A DNA stretch of 64,000 nt from the IMG/VR virus record IMGVR_UViG_3300012953_000017, positions 32,001-96,000 of that record; one strand, given 5' to 3'. The DNA is from a virus. The number at the start of each line of letters is the position of its first letter. Position 1 is the stretch's first letter. The notes beneath the pieces are model-generated. The model was not told where the DNA came from. It searched no databases and saw nothing but the letters and a program-made list of their open reading frames with translations. A program made the translations under genes and the position numbers. Of the stretch, positions 36,021 to 45,399 are shown in pieces.

Positions 36021-36282
36021 CTTTTGGCTCCGCTGGAGAGCTTTCTTCGTCAGACTGATTAACTACACCAAAAGAAATTGTTGCAAATCTTTCTGGGCTA
36101 TCCCACTTATTAACATGCCAGTTAATCCACGCGACGGACTTTTGGTCTTTTAAAAGTTCGGATAATTTATCATCTTGGGACACAAAGCTAACTAGTGCCT
36201 CATTTACTTGCTTTTCAGTTAAGTTTGCAGTAGCCACTATTCTAGCTGTGCTTGATGATTTTTCTTGATTGCTTTCGCTCAT
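36010..36282 (-). CDS. Hypothetical protein
   Basis: 90 aa, AGGAG RBS. Confidence 0.55.
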   Translation of the reverse strand: MSESNQEKSSSTARIVATANLTEKQVNEALVSFVSQDDKLSELLKDQKSVAWINWHVNKWDSPERFATISFGVVNQSDEESSPAEPKDEL

Positions 36283-36306
36283 ATTTTTCTCCTATAATTT
36301 TATATT

Positions 36307-36909
36307 CTATTCAAAACCAATACTAACATCTATATCAATCGTTAATTTTGGCACTCTTAAATGGTTTGCAAGATTGTGTTTTTTTGCATCTTCAGCATCC
36401 AAATACCAATCTGCATGCTTTTTCTTGTCCATTAACTTGATAAAATAATTATCAGCCTTGCCACAGTTTTGTGCCATCATCTTATAGACAATATCGTTAA
36501 GTCTTTCGGCTTCTTTCACATCTGCCTTTAGCTCTTCTATTTTACCGTGAGCCCAAGAAGATACATCATGAATCATAACTGTCGCATTAGGATCCATAAA
36601 TCTTCTCCCTTCTTCTCCAAAAGAGAACAGTATAGCTCCGCAGGACATTGCCTTTCCCTCTACTATCGTCGCGACAGGAAGCTCGGACGATTTAATAGAT
36701 GATATCATTGACATAAGTGAGTATACTTGCCCACCGTATGAATCAATTACTACAGGAATTACACTTTGACCTGTATTATGTGCTTGTGCGACAGAATCGT
36801 TGAATTTTTTTGCAGACTCTTCATCAAATTTATTAACCCTAACAATTACAGGATTTTTTCTAAGTTCGTACTCTTTTAATAGCGCTGAAGTTTTAACTGT
36901 CCATTTCAT
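36307..36909 (-). CDS. clpP: ClpP-like serine protease
   Basis: IDSYGG.V, AMSCG (Ser), MIHD (His), DWYL.A.DA (Asp). Confidence 0.88.
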   Translation of the reverse strand: MKWTVKTSALLKEYELRKNPVIVRVNKFDEESAKKFNDSVAQAHNTGQSVIPVVIDSYGGQVYSLMSMISSIKSSELPVATIVEGKAMSCGAILFSFGEEGRRFMDPNATVMIHDVSSWAHGKIEELKADVKEAERLNDIVYKMMAQNCGKADNYFIKLMDKKKHADWYLDAEDAKKHNLANHLRVPKLTIDIDVSIGFE

Positions 36910-36943
36910 TGACTTACCTCTTCCTTATTCCTTTTGTTTATTG

Positions 36944-39403
36944 TTAACCACATTTGCTGCTTCCACAAGCAGTACAAGTCACACAACCTTCCTGATATAC
37001 AAGTGTATCTTCTGCACCACAATTTTCACATGTAGTCTTTCCCGGTACTGTTCCATCCTTAATGTAGTACTTCAAAACTCTAGCAATGACTTTTGAAAAT
37101 GAAAACATATCCATCTCTCTGTCTTTTTGAAGCTGCTCAACAACATAATTTATTTTTGCACCATGCCTAAGTGCCAATGATATCGTCCTAGTAAACCCTG
37201 CGTGATTAGGATTATCAAACACATCAACAATATCTTTTATTAAAATAGAGTCACCGTTCTTACCAATCCTTAAGTCATATCTAGAGTTCTTGGTCTTGTA
37301 ATGATGTTTAATGATTGTTCCTTTCTTGTATCTCTTAGGTATCTCTATGTACTTCTGAAGACCTCCCATTACCTCATAAGGTCTACCATCCATTAGACCT
37401 ACAAGAATTGTCCAGGCTTCACCCTTGATGGTCGCATGATGAATGTGGCATTTAAGCTCAAATGGCCTGTCCGGGGCGTGATGTGTCTTAAACTTTATGT
37501 CCTCATTTTCCTTTGACACGAGAACACCAGCTCTTGATCCATCTCTGTATACAGTTACACCTTTACATCCTGACTGCCACCCGGCCATGTAAACATCTTT
37601 AACAGTGTCAATAGAGACATCTGAGGGCAAGTTTGTTGTGTTTGATATTGCGTGGCACACCCATTTTTGAGCTGCAGCTTGCATTTTAACTTTTGAAACC
37701 CAGTCAATTTCAGTTGCAGTTGCTCCTGAATATGGGGAGTCTTTTACTTCTTCTAGGCCTGACGCCTCCATCCATTTCTTAAAACCTTGATGGTAAACTG
37801 GATATTCCTGCCATCTGTCTCCGGAGTCATCAACAAAGTCAACTCTTCCATCTAAATCATTTTCAGTCAACTTCTTTCGTCGTGTATAAGAGAGCATGTA
37901 AGCCGGCTCAATTCCTGAAGTTGTCTGTGTTAATACACTTACTGATCCTGCAGGGGCTGTTGTCACGAGAGCAATATTTCTTCTACCAAATTTTTGTGAC
38001 ATTTCTCGAACTTCAGGTGCCTCTTTCCAAATTCTCTCTAAAAATTCATTTCCTCGTTCTAGATCATGATTGTGTATAGGAAACGCGCCTCGCTCTTTAG
38101 CCAAGAAACAAGAAGACTTATATGCGTTAACAGTTAGAGTCTTGTAGAGGCTTTCCACAATTTCAATGGACTTGTCAGAGCCGTATCTAACACCTAGCGC
38201 TGCCACTGTATCGCCAACTGCAGTAACGCCTAATCCTGTGCGTCGGCCTTGAAGCGCTTGATTACGAATTTTTGTCCAAAGATTTTTTTCTATTTGTTTG
38301 ACTTCAGGTGGCTCTGGGTCTTGTTTAATTTTTGCAAGAATTTTGTCTACCTGCTCTATCTCTAAGTCGATCATATCATCCATAAGTCTCTGTGCTTTTT
38401 GAACCACAGAAGATAACTCTTCATAATCGAGGTAGGCTTCTTCTGAAAAAGCATTTTTGACAAAAGAAGAAAGATTTACAAGCATAAGGCGGCAACTATC
38501 ATAAGGGCTTAATATTATCTCGCCGCATGGATTAGTTGAAGTCGATCCAAAGCCCTGGTCTGAATAAACGTCGGCAGGAGTTAATTTCTTAGCAGTGTCC
38601 CAAAACAGTAACCCGGGTTCGGCTGCAGCGTGTGCGCTTTCGATAATTTCGTCCCAAAGATTTTTGGCATCCACAAGTTGAGAAACTTTTCTCTTTTTAT
38701 TTTTTTCAACTGGAAACCTTAGTTCGAAGTCTTTCTCTTCTCGGACTGCCTGTAAAAATTCATCAGACAATCTCACAGAAATATTTGCGCCGGTTACTCT
38801 TGTTAAGTCTCGTTTAATTTTTATAAAGTCACGGACTTGTGGGTGATGCACAGAGATTGTCAACATTAGGGCACCTCTTCGGCCTCCTTGTGCTACTTCA
38901 CGGCAAGAGTTACTAAACCTGTCCATAAAAACTTCAATTCCGTCCGTTGTTCTGGCGCAGTTTCCAGTAGATAAGCCTTTTGGGCGAATTGAAGATATGT
39001 CAAATCCGACTCCGCCGCGGCGCTTCGCGATCTGCACTAACTCTTGATCTGTCTTAAGGATACCTCCGTAAGAGTCATGAGGTGATTCAATAACAAAACA
39101 GTTCGAAAGTGACTGTATTTGATATGGATTGCCGATACCAGACATTGGTGAACCTTGTGGGACAATATACTTAAAGTCTTTTAAAAGGCCGTATATCTCT
39201 TCTTCTGACATGGAATTAGGATATTTTTCTTCTATTCGTGAAAACTCCTTCGACATTCTTCGATGCATGTCGTCTGGTGTCATTTCATGAATATTGCCTT
39301 CTTTGTCTGTCAGGGCATATTTTGTAATAAATACATTGGCAGCTAGCTCATCGCCATCGAAGTACGCTAAGCTCTGTTGATACGCTTCATTATAATTCGC
39401 CAT
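36944..39403 (-). CDS. nrdJ: Class II (adenosylcobalamin-dependent) ribonucleotide reductase
   Basis: SNCFV, GGVG, QGGRRGA, TNPCGE, APAGS, KGVTVYRDGSR; C-terminal CxxC...EGC..CxxCG; no beta-subunit gene nearby. Confidence 0.92.
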   Translation of the reverse strand: MANYNEAYQQSLAYFDGDELAANVFITKYALTDKEGNIHEMTPDDMHRRMSKEFSRIEEKYPNSMSEEEIYGLLKDFKYIVPQGSPMSGIGNPYQIQSLSNCFVIESPHDSYGGILKTDQELVQIAKRRGGVGFDISSIRPKGLSTGNCARTTDGIEVFMDRFSNSCREVAQGGRRGALMLTISVHHPQVRDFIKIKRDLTRVTGANISVRLSDEFLQAVREEKDFELRFPVEKNKKRKVSQLVDAKNLWDEIIESAHAAAEPGLLFWDTAKKLTPADVYSDQGFGSTSTNPCGEIILSPYDSCRLMLVNLSSFVKNAFSEEAYLDYEELSSVVQKAQRLMDDMIDLEIEQVDKILAKIKQDPEPPEVKQIEKNLWTKIRNQALQGRRTGLGVTAVGDTVAALGVRYGSDKSIEIVESLYKTLTVNAYKSSCFLAKERGAFPIHNHDLERGNEFLERIWKEAPEVREMSQKFGRRNIALVTTAPAGSVSVLTQTTSGIEPAYMLSYTRRKKLTENDLDGRVDFVDDSGDRWQEYPVYHQGFKKWMEASGLEEVKDSPYSGATATEIDWVSKVKMQAAAQKWVCHAISNTTNLPSDVSIDTVKDVYMAGWQSGCKGVTVYRDGSRAGVLVSKENEDIKFKTHHAPDRPFELKCHIHHATIKGEAWTILVGLMDGRPYEVMGGLQKYIEIPKRYKKGTIIKHHYKTKNSRYDLRIGKNGDSILIKDIVDVFDNPNHAGFTRTISLALRHGAKINYVVEQLQKDREMDMFSFSKVIARVLKYYIKDGTVPGKTTCENCGAEDTLVYQEGCVTCTACGSSKCG

Positions 39404-39428
39404 TAATTCTTTACCTCAACAATTTCAT

Positions 39429-40850
39429 CTAGTCTTCGTGATTGCTGACTTCTCGCCACTTTTTCTTGAGAAGATCTTTCATAGAATTTTCATCTTGTTT
39501 GACAGCTTCATCTAGAGTTAACTGATTTTCATCTAGTATTGTAATCTTAGACATTGCTGTGTCAATGTGAATAGGAAATACCAGACCATCCTTTCCGGCT
39601 CTATTTTTTGCAACAAAAAGCCTCCCAGATCCGGTAGACTTTTCCATTGCCTTCCTGGAAAGAGAAATAACCACGTCTGCAACCATGGCTTTTCCATAAG
39701 CTTCTGACATATTCTCCAAGCCTACAATATCTGATTTAGCAGAATCTCTATTAGCCTGCGACGCTGTCCATATAGGCACGTTCATGTCCATAGAAAGATT
39801 TCTTAGCTCCTCGTATATTAGTTTAAGCTCATGACGCAAAGAGTCATAGGCTCTTGTCGAACGCATAATATCTGCGTAATCAATAATAATGAGGCTCGGG
39901 ATAAAACCTTTCAACATTAACTTTTCAATATGATTTCTAATAGTAATAACTGAAGCAGATCCAGTTGGATACTCTTTAATGATAAGCCTTCCTAACTCTC
40001 CATCTTTGTACCTCTCCAAGACCTTCTTTTTGTTATCTTGGACATCGTTACTGGCAATGTCACATAAATTTGAGTCGTATCTAAGACCTACAGCATGCTC
40101 GGAAAGCTCAAATGTGTAATGAATTACGTTTTTTCCGGCCTTCATCGCATTGGCGCCCATTTGTACCAAATAATGACTCTTTCCTACACCTGTATTTGCT
40201 GTAACAACACCAATTTCTCCTCTTCCGAGCCCTCCTCGCAAGATGTCTTTTTCATCTAGGCGAGGAATTCCTGTAGGGCATGCAACCCTGGAGACTTTGA
40301 CAAAGCGAGCGTCAGCATCTTCAAAAAAGTCGTGTCCTGTTGAGTTAGGCATGCCTACTGCTACAGCCTGCTTCATAAGCGTCACAACACTTTCAAATTT
40401 GTCTGTTTGAATTAAGTCTACAGCACTCTCTAGTGCTTCTTTAAATGCTTGACGTTTACAAAAATCAAGTGACTTGTCTTTGACATAGTTGATGTCGCCC
40501 ATATTAGGGTTTGATTTGACTCGATGCAAAAATTCAACGATCTGATCTCTAAGAATTATGTCGTTGCCTTCAGAAAGGTCATCCTTAATAATTGAGACAA
40601 GCAAAGGTAGCGTGGGGAAACATTTGTATTTCTTAAAATAGTTAAAATATTTTTCAGACAAATAAGACAAATACCTTACATCAAAAAATGTAGGATCCAT
40701 TACTTCAATCATCTGTGATCCCCAGTCGTGGTCTGTCAACAGTCCTTGAAATATCTTTTCCTGAAACGTCTTTCCATATTTCCGGAAGTGTGCGTCTCCG
40801 ACGGAGGGCGCAAATTTAATATCGTCTGGCACTCTATTTACTCCTAACAC
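39429..40850 (-). CDS. Replicative DnaB-like helicase (T4 gp41-like)
   Basis: ANTGVGKS Walker A, IIDYAD, WTASQANR, KNRAG.DG. Confidence 0.92.
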   Translation of the reverse strand: MLGVNRVPDDIKFAPSVGDAHFRKYGKTFQEKIFQGLLTDHDWGSQMIEVMDPTFFDVRYLSYLSEKYFNYFKKYKCFPTLPLLVSIIKDDLSEGNDIILRDQIVEFLHRVKSNPNMGDINYVKDKSLDFCKRQAFKEALESAVDLIQTDKFESVVTLMKQAVAVGMPNSTGHDFFEDADARFVKVSRVACPTGIPRLDEKDILRGGLGRGEIGVVTANTGVGKSHYLVQMGANAMKAGKNVIHYTFELSEHAVGLRYDSNLCDIASNDVQDNKKKVLERYKDGELGRLIIKEYPTGSASVITIRNHIEKLMLKGFIPSLIIIDYADIMRSTRAYDSLRHELKLIYEELRNLSMDMNVPIWTASQANRDSAKSDIVGLENMSEAYGKAMVADVVISLSRKAMEKSTGSGRLFVAKNRAGKDGLVFPIHIDTAMSKITILDENQLTLDEAVKQDENSMKDLLKKKWREVSNHED

Positions 40851-41797
40851 TTAATTGTGCACATTGACATAAAAAATGAATCAACATCAAAGTTTTTTAC
40901 ACCTTCACGGTGTAACACTCTCATTAATGCTATTTTATTACGTGTAGGCTCAAAAGTATTGACCCCACCTATGATTTTTTTAATTTGACTCGCAGACAAA
41001 ACAGAAAGTCCTAAATTCATAACCTTCCAATTTATTCTTGCACGTTCTGCGGACTCGATTATATTAGAATAGACTTTTACTTTTGACTGACTTGCCATTT
41101 TTAAAGATGTCTCAATAATATCTTCAACTGTTATTTCTTCGTCCGAAGCTAGCGAAGGAAACCTTTTAGACATTGTTTTAAAACCTGCACCCTTAATTCC
41201 CGGAAGCCCATCAGAAGGGTCACCAGTAAAACATCTTGTTACGCAAAAATTATGACACTTTACACCAAATTTTCTCATTACATGCTCTTTATTAACAAAA
41301 GCTTTTTGGCCAGGGGACCACTGTATTACTTTGTCAGACAAAAGCTGATATAAGTCTTTATCTGAAGAGACTATTACACACCTTTCCTTTTCGTAAACGT
41401 ACTTGCAAAGATATGCTATTACATCATCCGCTTCGCAGTCGGACACGTAGATTTGATTGACAGGCACTTGCTTTAAGCATTCTATTAAAAGAGAAAGCTG
41501 AACGTCTCTGTTTTCAACAGTGTCAGGAATTTCATCTGCATAGAATCTATTTAGCCTTTGAGGTCTCCTACCTTGCTTATATTCCGGAAAGATTGCTCTC
41601 CTTCTAGAAGAACCTCCTCCTTCCCATGCGACGACTACGTGTTTAGGTTGAATTCTCTCACACAGAAGTCGGACACCTTTTAGAAAGCCTACAAGGCCGC
41701 CTACGTGATCGCCAGACTCATTCATTGTAGGATTAACAACGAAGTGACGCATAAACAAATTTAACCCATCAATTAAGAGTATGGGTCGCTCTTTCAT
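40844..41797 (-). CDS. 5'-3' exonuclease/flap endonuclease (T4 RNase H-like)
   Basis: LIDGLNLF, YKQGR, EADDVIA, SSDKDL.QL, GDPSDGLPGIKG.G. Confidence 0.92.
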   Translation of the reverse strand: MKERPILLIDGLNLFMRHFVVNPTMNESGDHVGGLVGFLKGVRLLCERIQPKHVVVAWEGGGSSRRRAIFPEYKQGRRPQRLNRFYADEIPDTVENRDVQLSLLIECLKQVPVNQIYVSDCEADDVIAYLCKYVYEKERCVIVSSDKDLYQLLSDKVIQWSPGQKAFVNKEHVMRKFGVKCHNFCVTRCFTGDPSDGLPGIKGAGFKTMSKRFPSLASDEEITVEDIIETSLKMASQSKVKVYSNIIESAERARINWKVMNLGLSVLSASQIKKIIGGVNTFEPTRNKIALMRVLHREGVKNFDVDSFFMSMCTIKC

Positions 41798-41798
41798 T

Positions 41799-42986
41799 TT
41801 ATGCCTCCGGGTCGATCACTAGGTCTTCTTCAATCTCCATTGCGACAGATCTTACTTCTTCATAAGAGTCTGTGTCGATGTCCATTCCTTCTGCTGAAGA
41901 CATCTTTCTAACGAGTGCTCTTTCTAAAAGATCTGAAATATAGTCAGAGTACTCTGGGTTGGCGATAACTTCATTAAATTCTGCTTTGTAGAATTTTTTC
42001 TCTGCAAACACCTCACCGGTTTTTCCATCCGAAACTGTGAGTGTCTTCCAAGAACCCGACCCTGCTACTTCGACCTGCTTGCCGCCAATCACTTCAGGTC
42101 CGTGTTTTCTAAGAAGGTCAAATATTTGCTCGTGTTCTACAATTCCTTTGCCGAAATGAATTTCAAAATTACAAGATCTGAAAGGAGGCGCTACTTTGCA
42201 CTTTACTGTCTTGGCGGAAACATTAATGCCCACCACTTCCTTTTCTTTGTTTGTGATTTTTTGTCCTGCTCCCAGCTTGATTCGTACAGATGAGTGAAAA
42301 GGGATTGCCTTACCGCCGGGAGTAGTATCAGGATCTCCATACATGACTCCAATTTTTGTTCTAATCTGGTTAAGTATTACAAACAGAACGTTCTGTTCGC
42401 CTATTACTCCTGTTATCTTGCGCATGCCTTTTGAGATAGCGCGGGCTTGAAGACCAATAGAGTCTTTGTCGTAGTCTCCTATGAGTTCTGCTTTTGGAGA
42501 AGATGCTGCGACAGAGTCCCACACAATCGTAATTGGGACATCTTTATCCATTGCTTTGGCTTTCATAATAGTAGCTTCTGCAATAGAAAGCACTTCTTCT
42601 GTACAGTGTGTATCAACGTACACAAACCGCTTCTCAATGTCAACACCTAGCAAACCTAAATTTTCAACAGAAGTTGCGTTTTCAGTATCAATATAGACTA
42701 CAATTCCGCCTAGCTGCTGAGTAGAGCGGGCGATTTGAATAGCAATATGAGACTTTCCAATAGAGGGTGGCCCAAAGATTTCTATGATTCTTCCTTCTGG
42801 CAATCCACCGTCTCGTCGATTTGAAATAATATAATCAAGTTGCTTAGACCCTGTAGAGATCCATCGCTTTACATGTGTTGGTGCGGTATCGTACGCAAGG
42901 TTGTAAGCTACCCTGCTTCCGTGTTCTTTGTTGAGTGATTTAATCAAGTCATTTGTAAAATCGCTCGGCGCTTTTGTTCGAGACAC
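41799..42986 (-). CDS. recA: RecA/UvsX recombinase
   Basis: GGLPEGRIIEIFGPPSIGKS, YIDTE, WDSVAA, NQIR.KIGVMYG.P.TTPGG. Confidence 0.95.
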   Translation of the reverse strand: MSRTKAPSDFTNDLIKSLNKEHGSRVAYNLAYDTAPTHVKRWISTGSKQLDYIISNRRDGGLPEGRIIEIFGPPSIGKSHIAIQIARSTQQLGGIVVYIDTENATSVENLGLLGVDIEKRFVYVDTHCTEEVLSIAEATIMKAKAMDKDVPITIVWDSVAASSPKAELIGDYDKDSIGLQARAISKGMRKITGVIGEQNVLFVILNQIRTKIGVMYGDPDTTPGGKAIPFHSSVRIKLGAGQKITNKEKEVVGINVSAKTVKCKVAPPFRSCNFEIHFGKGIVEHEQIFDLLRKHGPEVIGGKQVEVAGSGSWKTLTVSDGKTGEVFAEKKFYKAEFNEVIANPEYSDYISDLLERALVRKMSSAEGMDIDTDSYEEVRSVAMEIEEDLVIDPEA

Positions 42987-43023
42987 TCTAGACCTCCTGG
43001 GACTGGATAGTAATATAATAAAG

Positions 43024-43059
43024 AGGTTTGCTCAGGAAGTACAATTCCTGAGCAAACCT
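43024..43059 (-). terminator. 15-bp hairpin downstream of ssb, overlapping a probable recA promoter
   Basis: AGGTTTGCTCAGGAA / TTCCTGAGCAAACCT perfect inverted repeat; loop reads TTGTAC, with TATTAT 18 nt downstream. Confidence 0.6.
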
Positions 43060-43070
43060 TATTTAGAGGC

Positions 43071-43877
43071 TTATAGATCTTCTAGATCTGCAAAAGCGGC
43101 ATCCAAACTCTTGTACTTGGTGCTTTCACTCGACTTACTTTTTCCTGCGGAAGTCTCTTCGGAAAGAGAATCGGCAGGAGAATCGAACTTTGCGCCGCCT
43201 CGAGGACTATCGTCGGTCTCTTCATCTGATGTTAGCCAATCATTTACGATTTTTTCAAGCTCTTCATACGTCTTGAGTGTGTATAGATCATCTAAGTCAG
43301 GAATGCTATCAGACCACTGCTGTGACTGGTCTTCAGTCTTAGCAAGAGATGTACTTTTTCCTCGCGGGCGGACCTCTGTGGTTGCCCACATTCGACCAGG
43401 CGCCTTGGTGCAAACCACTTTGACATCTCGACCGTCTTCTGGATCAGTGATATCTCCGTAATCTTCGTCGAGCATAATATTAAGCAAAGACTGGTATACT
43501 GTCTTACCAAATGCCCAAATTCTTACACCCTTGTCTTCTTCTCCACGAACTACAACAGGAGCATAGCTTCTCATCTTAGGGTAAAGCTTCTTAGCGAGCT
43601 CGTATGACTCTTTAGAGCCATCGTCGCGGAGCTTGTTAATTAATTCTTGAATAGGATCAGGCTTCCCGAACTGATATGGGGCTAACAAGCCCGGGTTGTT
43701 TCCTACGTTATAATAAAACCAGCGCTCCTTAAAAGGCTGGCCGTCGTTGTCTGGAAATGAAAGAAGGCGAACAGTGTGCTCTTCTCCTTCTTGTGGGCGC
43801 CACGTAACATTTCGGCGGCTATTATTGCCAGAAAGTTGTCCTAGCTTCTTTCGAATTGCGTCAAAGTCAATTGCCAT
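43071..43877 (-). CDS. Single-stranded DNA-binding protein (T4 gp32-like)
   Basis: MAIDFDAIRKKL, W.P..G...VRLL, DITDPEDGRD, acidic tail DAAFADLEDL; next to recA. Confidence 0.85.
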   Translation of the reverse strand: MAIDFDAIRKKLGQLSGNNSRRNVTWRPQEGEEHTVRLLSFPDNDGQPFKERWFYYNVGNNPGLLAPYQFGKPDPIQELINKLRDDGSKESYELAKKLYPKMRSYAPVVVRGEEDKGVRIWAFGKTVYQSLLNIMLDEDYGDITDPEDGRDVKVVCTKAPGRMWATTEVRPRGKSTSLAKTEDQSQQWSDSIPDLDDLYTLKTYEELEKIVNDWLTSDEETDDSPRGGAKFDSPADSLSEETSAGKSKSSESTKYKSLDAAFADLEDL

Positions 43878-43902
43878 TTTTTAACTCCTTAATTTTTAAT
43901 GG

Positions 43903-43969
43903 TCAAATGTGATCTTTAATATAAAGTCAACATGTAAGTCTAAATTTAAATGTTCAAATGTTCAAATGT
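43903..43969. repeat. Short direct repeats TCAAATGT in the ssb leader
   Basis: TCAAATGT at 43903, 43954, 43962; variants TTAAATGT at 43946 and TCAACATGT at 43927. Confidence 0.6.
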
Positions 43970-43982
43970 ATGTGTGTATCAG

Positions 43983-44285
43983 CTATTTTTTTGGAAGGTA
44001 CCAGCTGGCACCGCCAGAAGGGGCTGAAGCCTTTCTTTTCTTTTTTCTCTTCTTTGCTGGGTAGGTTGCGTCTCGTCCTAAAGGTGCTGTAGAGCCGGCT
44101 AGCTTTCCGGAAGGAGCTCCAGCAGCTCCTATAGCAGAAGCTTCTTTCTGGTCTTCTTCTTCGTTAGGCATGTCAGGCTCGATTAACAAGTTCTCAGGAG
44201 GCTGCTCTTTTTTGTCTTCAGGGTCATCAATTTGGTCAACCTCTTCTAGAAGAACAGCTCTAATATATTTTCTTAAAAACTTCAT
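43983..44285 (-). CDS. Small tagged protein with basic tail
   Basis: MKFLRKYIRAVLLEE; acidic middle; KKRKKKRK near the C-terminus. Confidence 0.6.
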   Translation of the reverse strand: MKFLRKYIRAVLLEEVDQIDDPEDKKEQPPENLLIEPDMPNEEEDQKEASAIGAAGAPSGKLAGSTAPLGRDATYPAKKRKKKRKASAPSGGASWYLPKK

Positions 44286-44300
44286 AAAATCTCCTACCTT

Positions 44301-44310
44301 TAAATATGTC
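44301..44310 (-). promoter_or_regulatory. Putative late promoter (ATAYTTA motif)
   Basis: GACATATTTA just upstream of the AGGAG RBS. Confidence 0.5.
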
Positions 44311-44325
44311 TAGAGAAGGAGATTG

Positions 44326-44913
44326 TTAGACGTCTAATTTATCCTTATGATGGACCATTTGTTTTGCTTGCTGTAAAATCAGTGCTAGCGTAGGCTCTGA
44401 CCCTACATAGAACCTATTTTCTTCAAAATGGCTTCCTTGGGCTAGCTGTACAGCAACCCATTCTTCTTGTGTTAAGCTCACTCCAAAGTGCTGCAGTAGA
44501 AAAAGAGTCCTGTGTGACACTGACATCTTTTCTAGACTCTCGTTGTACTTATACATCTGGCCTAGCTTTTCTCGGTGCCACTCAGAGTCTTGTTCGACAA
44601 ACAAGTCATTCTCTAGGTCACCTACTTTTCCTATATCGTGAAGCAGGCCTACCTTTAAAATAGAAGTTACCGGGACTTTTAAGTTTTGAGACTTGTTGAT
44701 GGTACGCATACAAGCTGTTACAGCAAGCGCGTGTTCGACCATACCACCAGGATAGGCTCCGCTTTGATCTAGTTTTGGAGCAGAAGGTGTCATCACTAGT
44801 CTTTCTCCTAGTGATTCTAACAGATCTCCAACACCATACTTGGCAGCCTTATTACACAAGTTTTCATAAGTCTCCCAATTAGACTTTACTTTTTCAAAAT
44901 CAACAGATGACAA
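44326..44913 (-). CDS. HD-domain phosphohydrolase
   Basis: AYPGG.VEH.L.V, LLHDIGK.G. Confidence 0.8.
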   Translation of the reverse strand: MSSVDFEKVKSNWETYENLCNKAAKYGVGDLLESLGERLVMTPSAPKLDQSGAYPGGMVEHALAVTACMRTINKSQNLKVPVTSILKVGLLHDIGKVGDLENDLFVEQDSEWHREKLGQMYKYNESLEKMSVSHRTLFLLQHFGVSLTQEEWVAVQLAQGSHFEENRFYVGSEPTLALILQQAKQMVHHKDKLDV

Positions 44914-44916
44914 TTT

Positions 44917-45351
44917 CTACTCCTGTGGTTTATCTTCTTTCTTTGGTGGTGGCACCTCAGATAATTCATAAAATGCAGCATGCAAATCGTTTGCAGCATT
45001 AGAACTGTACTTTATAAAAGTCGTTCTAATGTCATGATCATTATTATCATTCTCGGATTTTACGTATAAGATCGTCAAGACCTTTGCAATTGATTGTTCT
45101 AGCTCCGTATTCTCTCCAGGCCAGGCAACAAACCACATGTCATTGACTCCTGCGCAGTTTTTTGTGCGTGAAGGCATCGCGTACATGCCAAAAACTGGGA
45201 AAGAATATTGCTCGTCAGGTACGCAGTTAGCTTTTACAAAATCTACGTTGACATTTAAGTAAGGATCTACGGGGATGTTTGATGTCTGTGTTTTACACCC
45301 TGAAACTGTGAACAACACTGCTGCAAAAAGAATTACTTTAATATACTTCAT
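44917..45351 (-). CDS. Putative lipoprotein
   Basis: GGAGG RBS then MKYIKVILFAAVLFTVSGC (lipobox VSG-C). Confidence 0.65.
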   Translation of the reverse strand: MKYIKVILFAAVLFTVSGCKTQTSNIPVDPYLNVNVDFVKANCVPDEQYSFPVFGMYAMPSRTKNCAGVNDMWFVAWPGENTELEQSIAKVLTILYVKSENDNNDHDIRTTFIKYSSNAANDLHAAFYELSEVPPPKKEDKPQE

Positions 45352-45399
45352 GAAACCTCCAGTACAAGTATACCTTATTGAGGTTGCCATGTACACTAA

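Noticed and set aside
36307-36909. ClpP as the prohead protease that cleaves the L-x-E tags
   Set aside because: It lies in the replication/metabolism operon without the late motif, and Glu-specific cleavage is characteristic of gp21-type proteases, probably encoded outside the window
17944-42986. Inteins or introns in dnaE, nrdJ, helicase or recA
   Set aside because: Lengths are ordinary and no intein splice or homing-endonuclease motifs were seen; the charged insert in the DnaE PHP domain is short
43983-44285. KKRKKKRK as a nuclear localisation signal implying a eukaryotic virus
   Set aside because: Shine-Dalgarno sites, sigma70-like promoters, DnaE, endolysin and contractile tail genes indicate a bacteriophage; the basic patch more likely binds DNA
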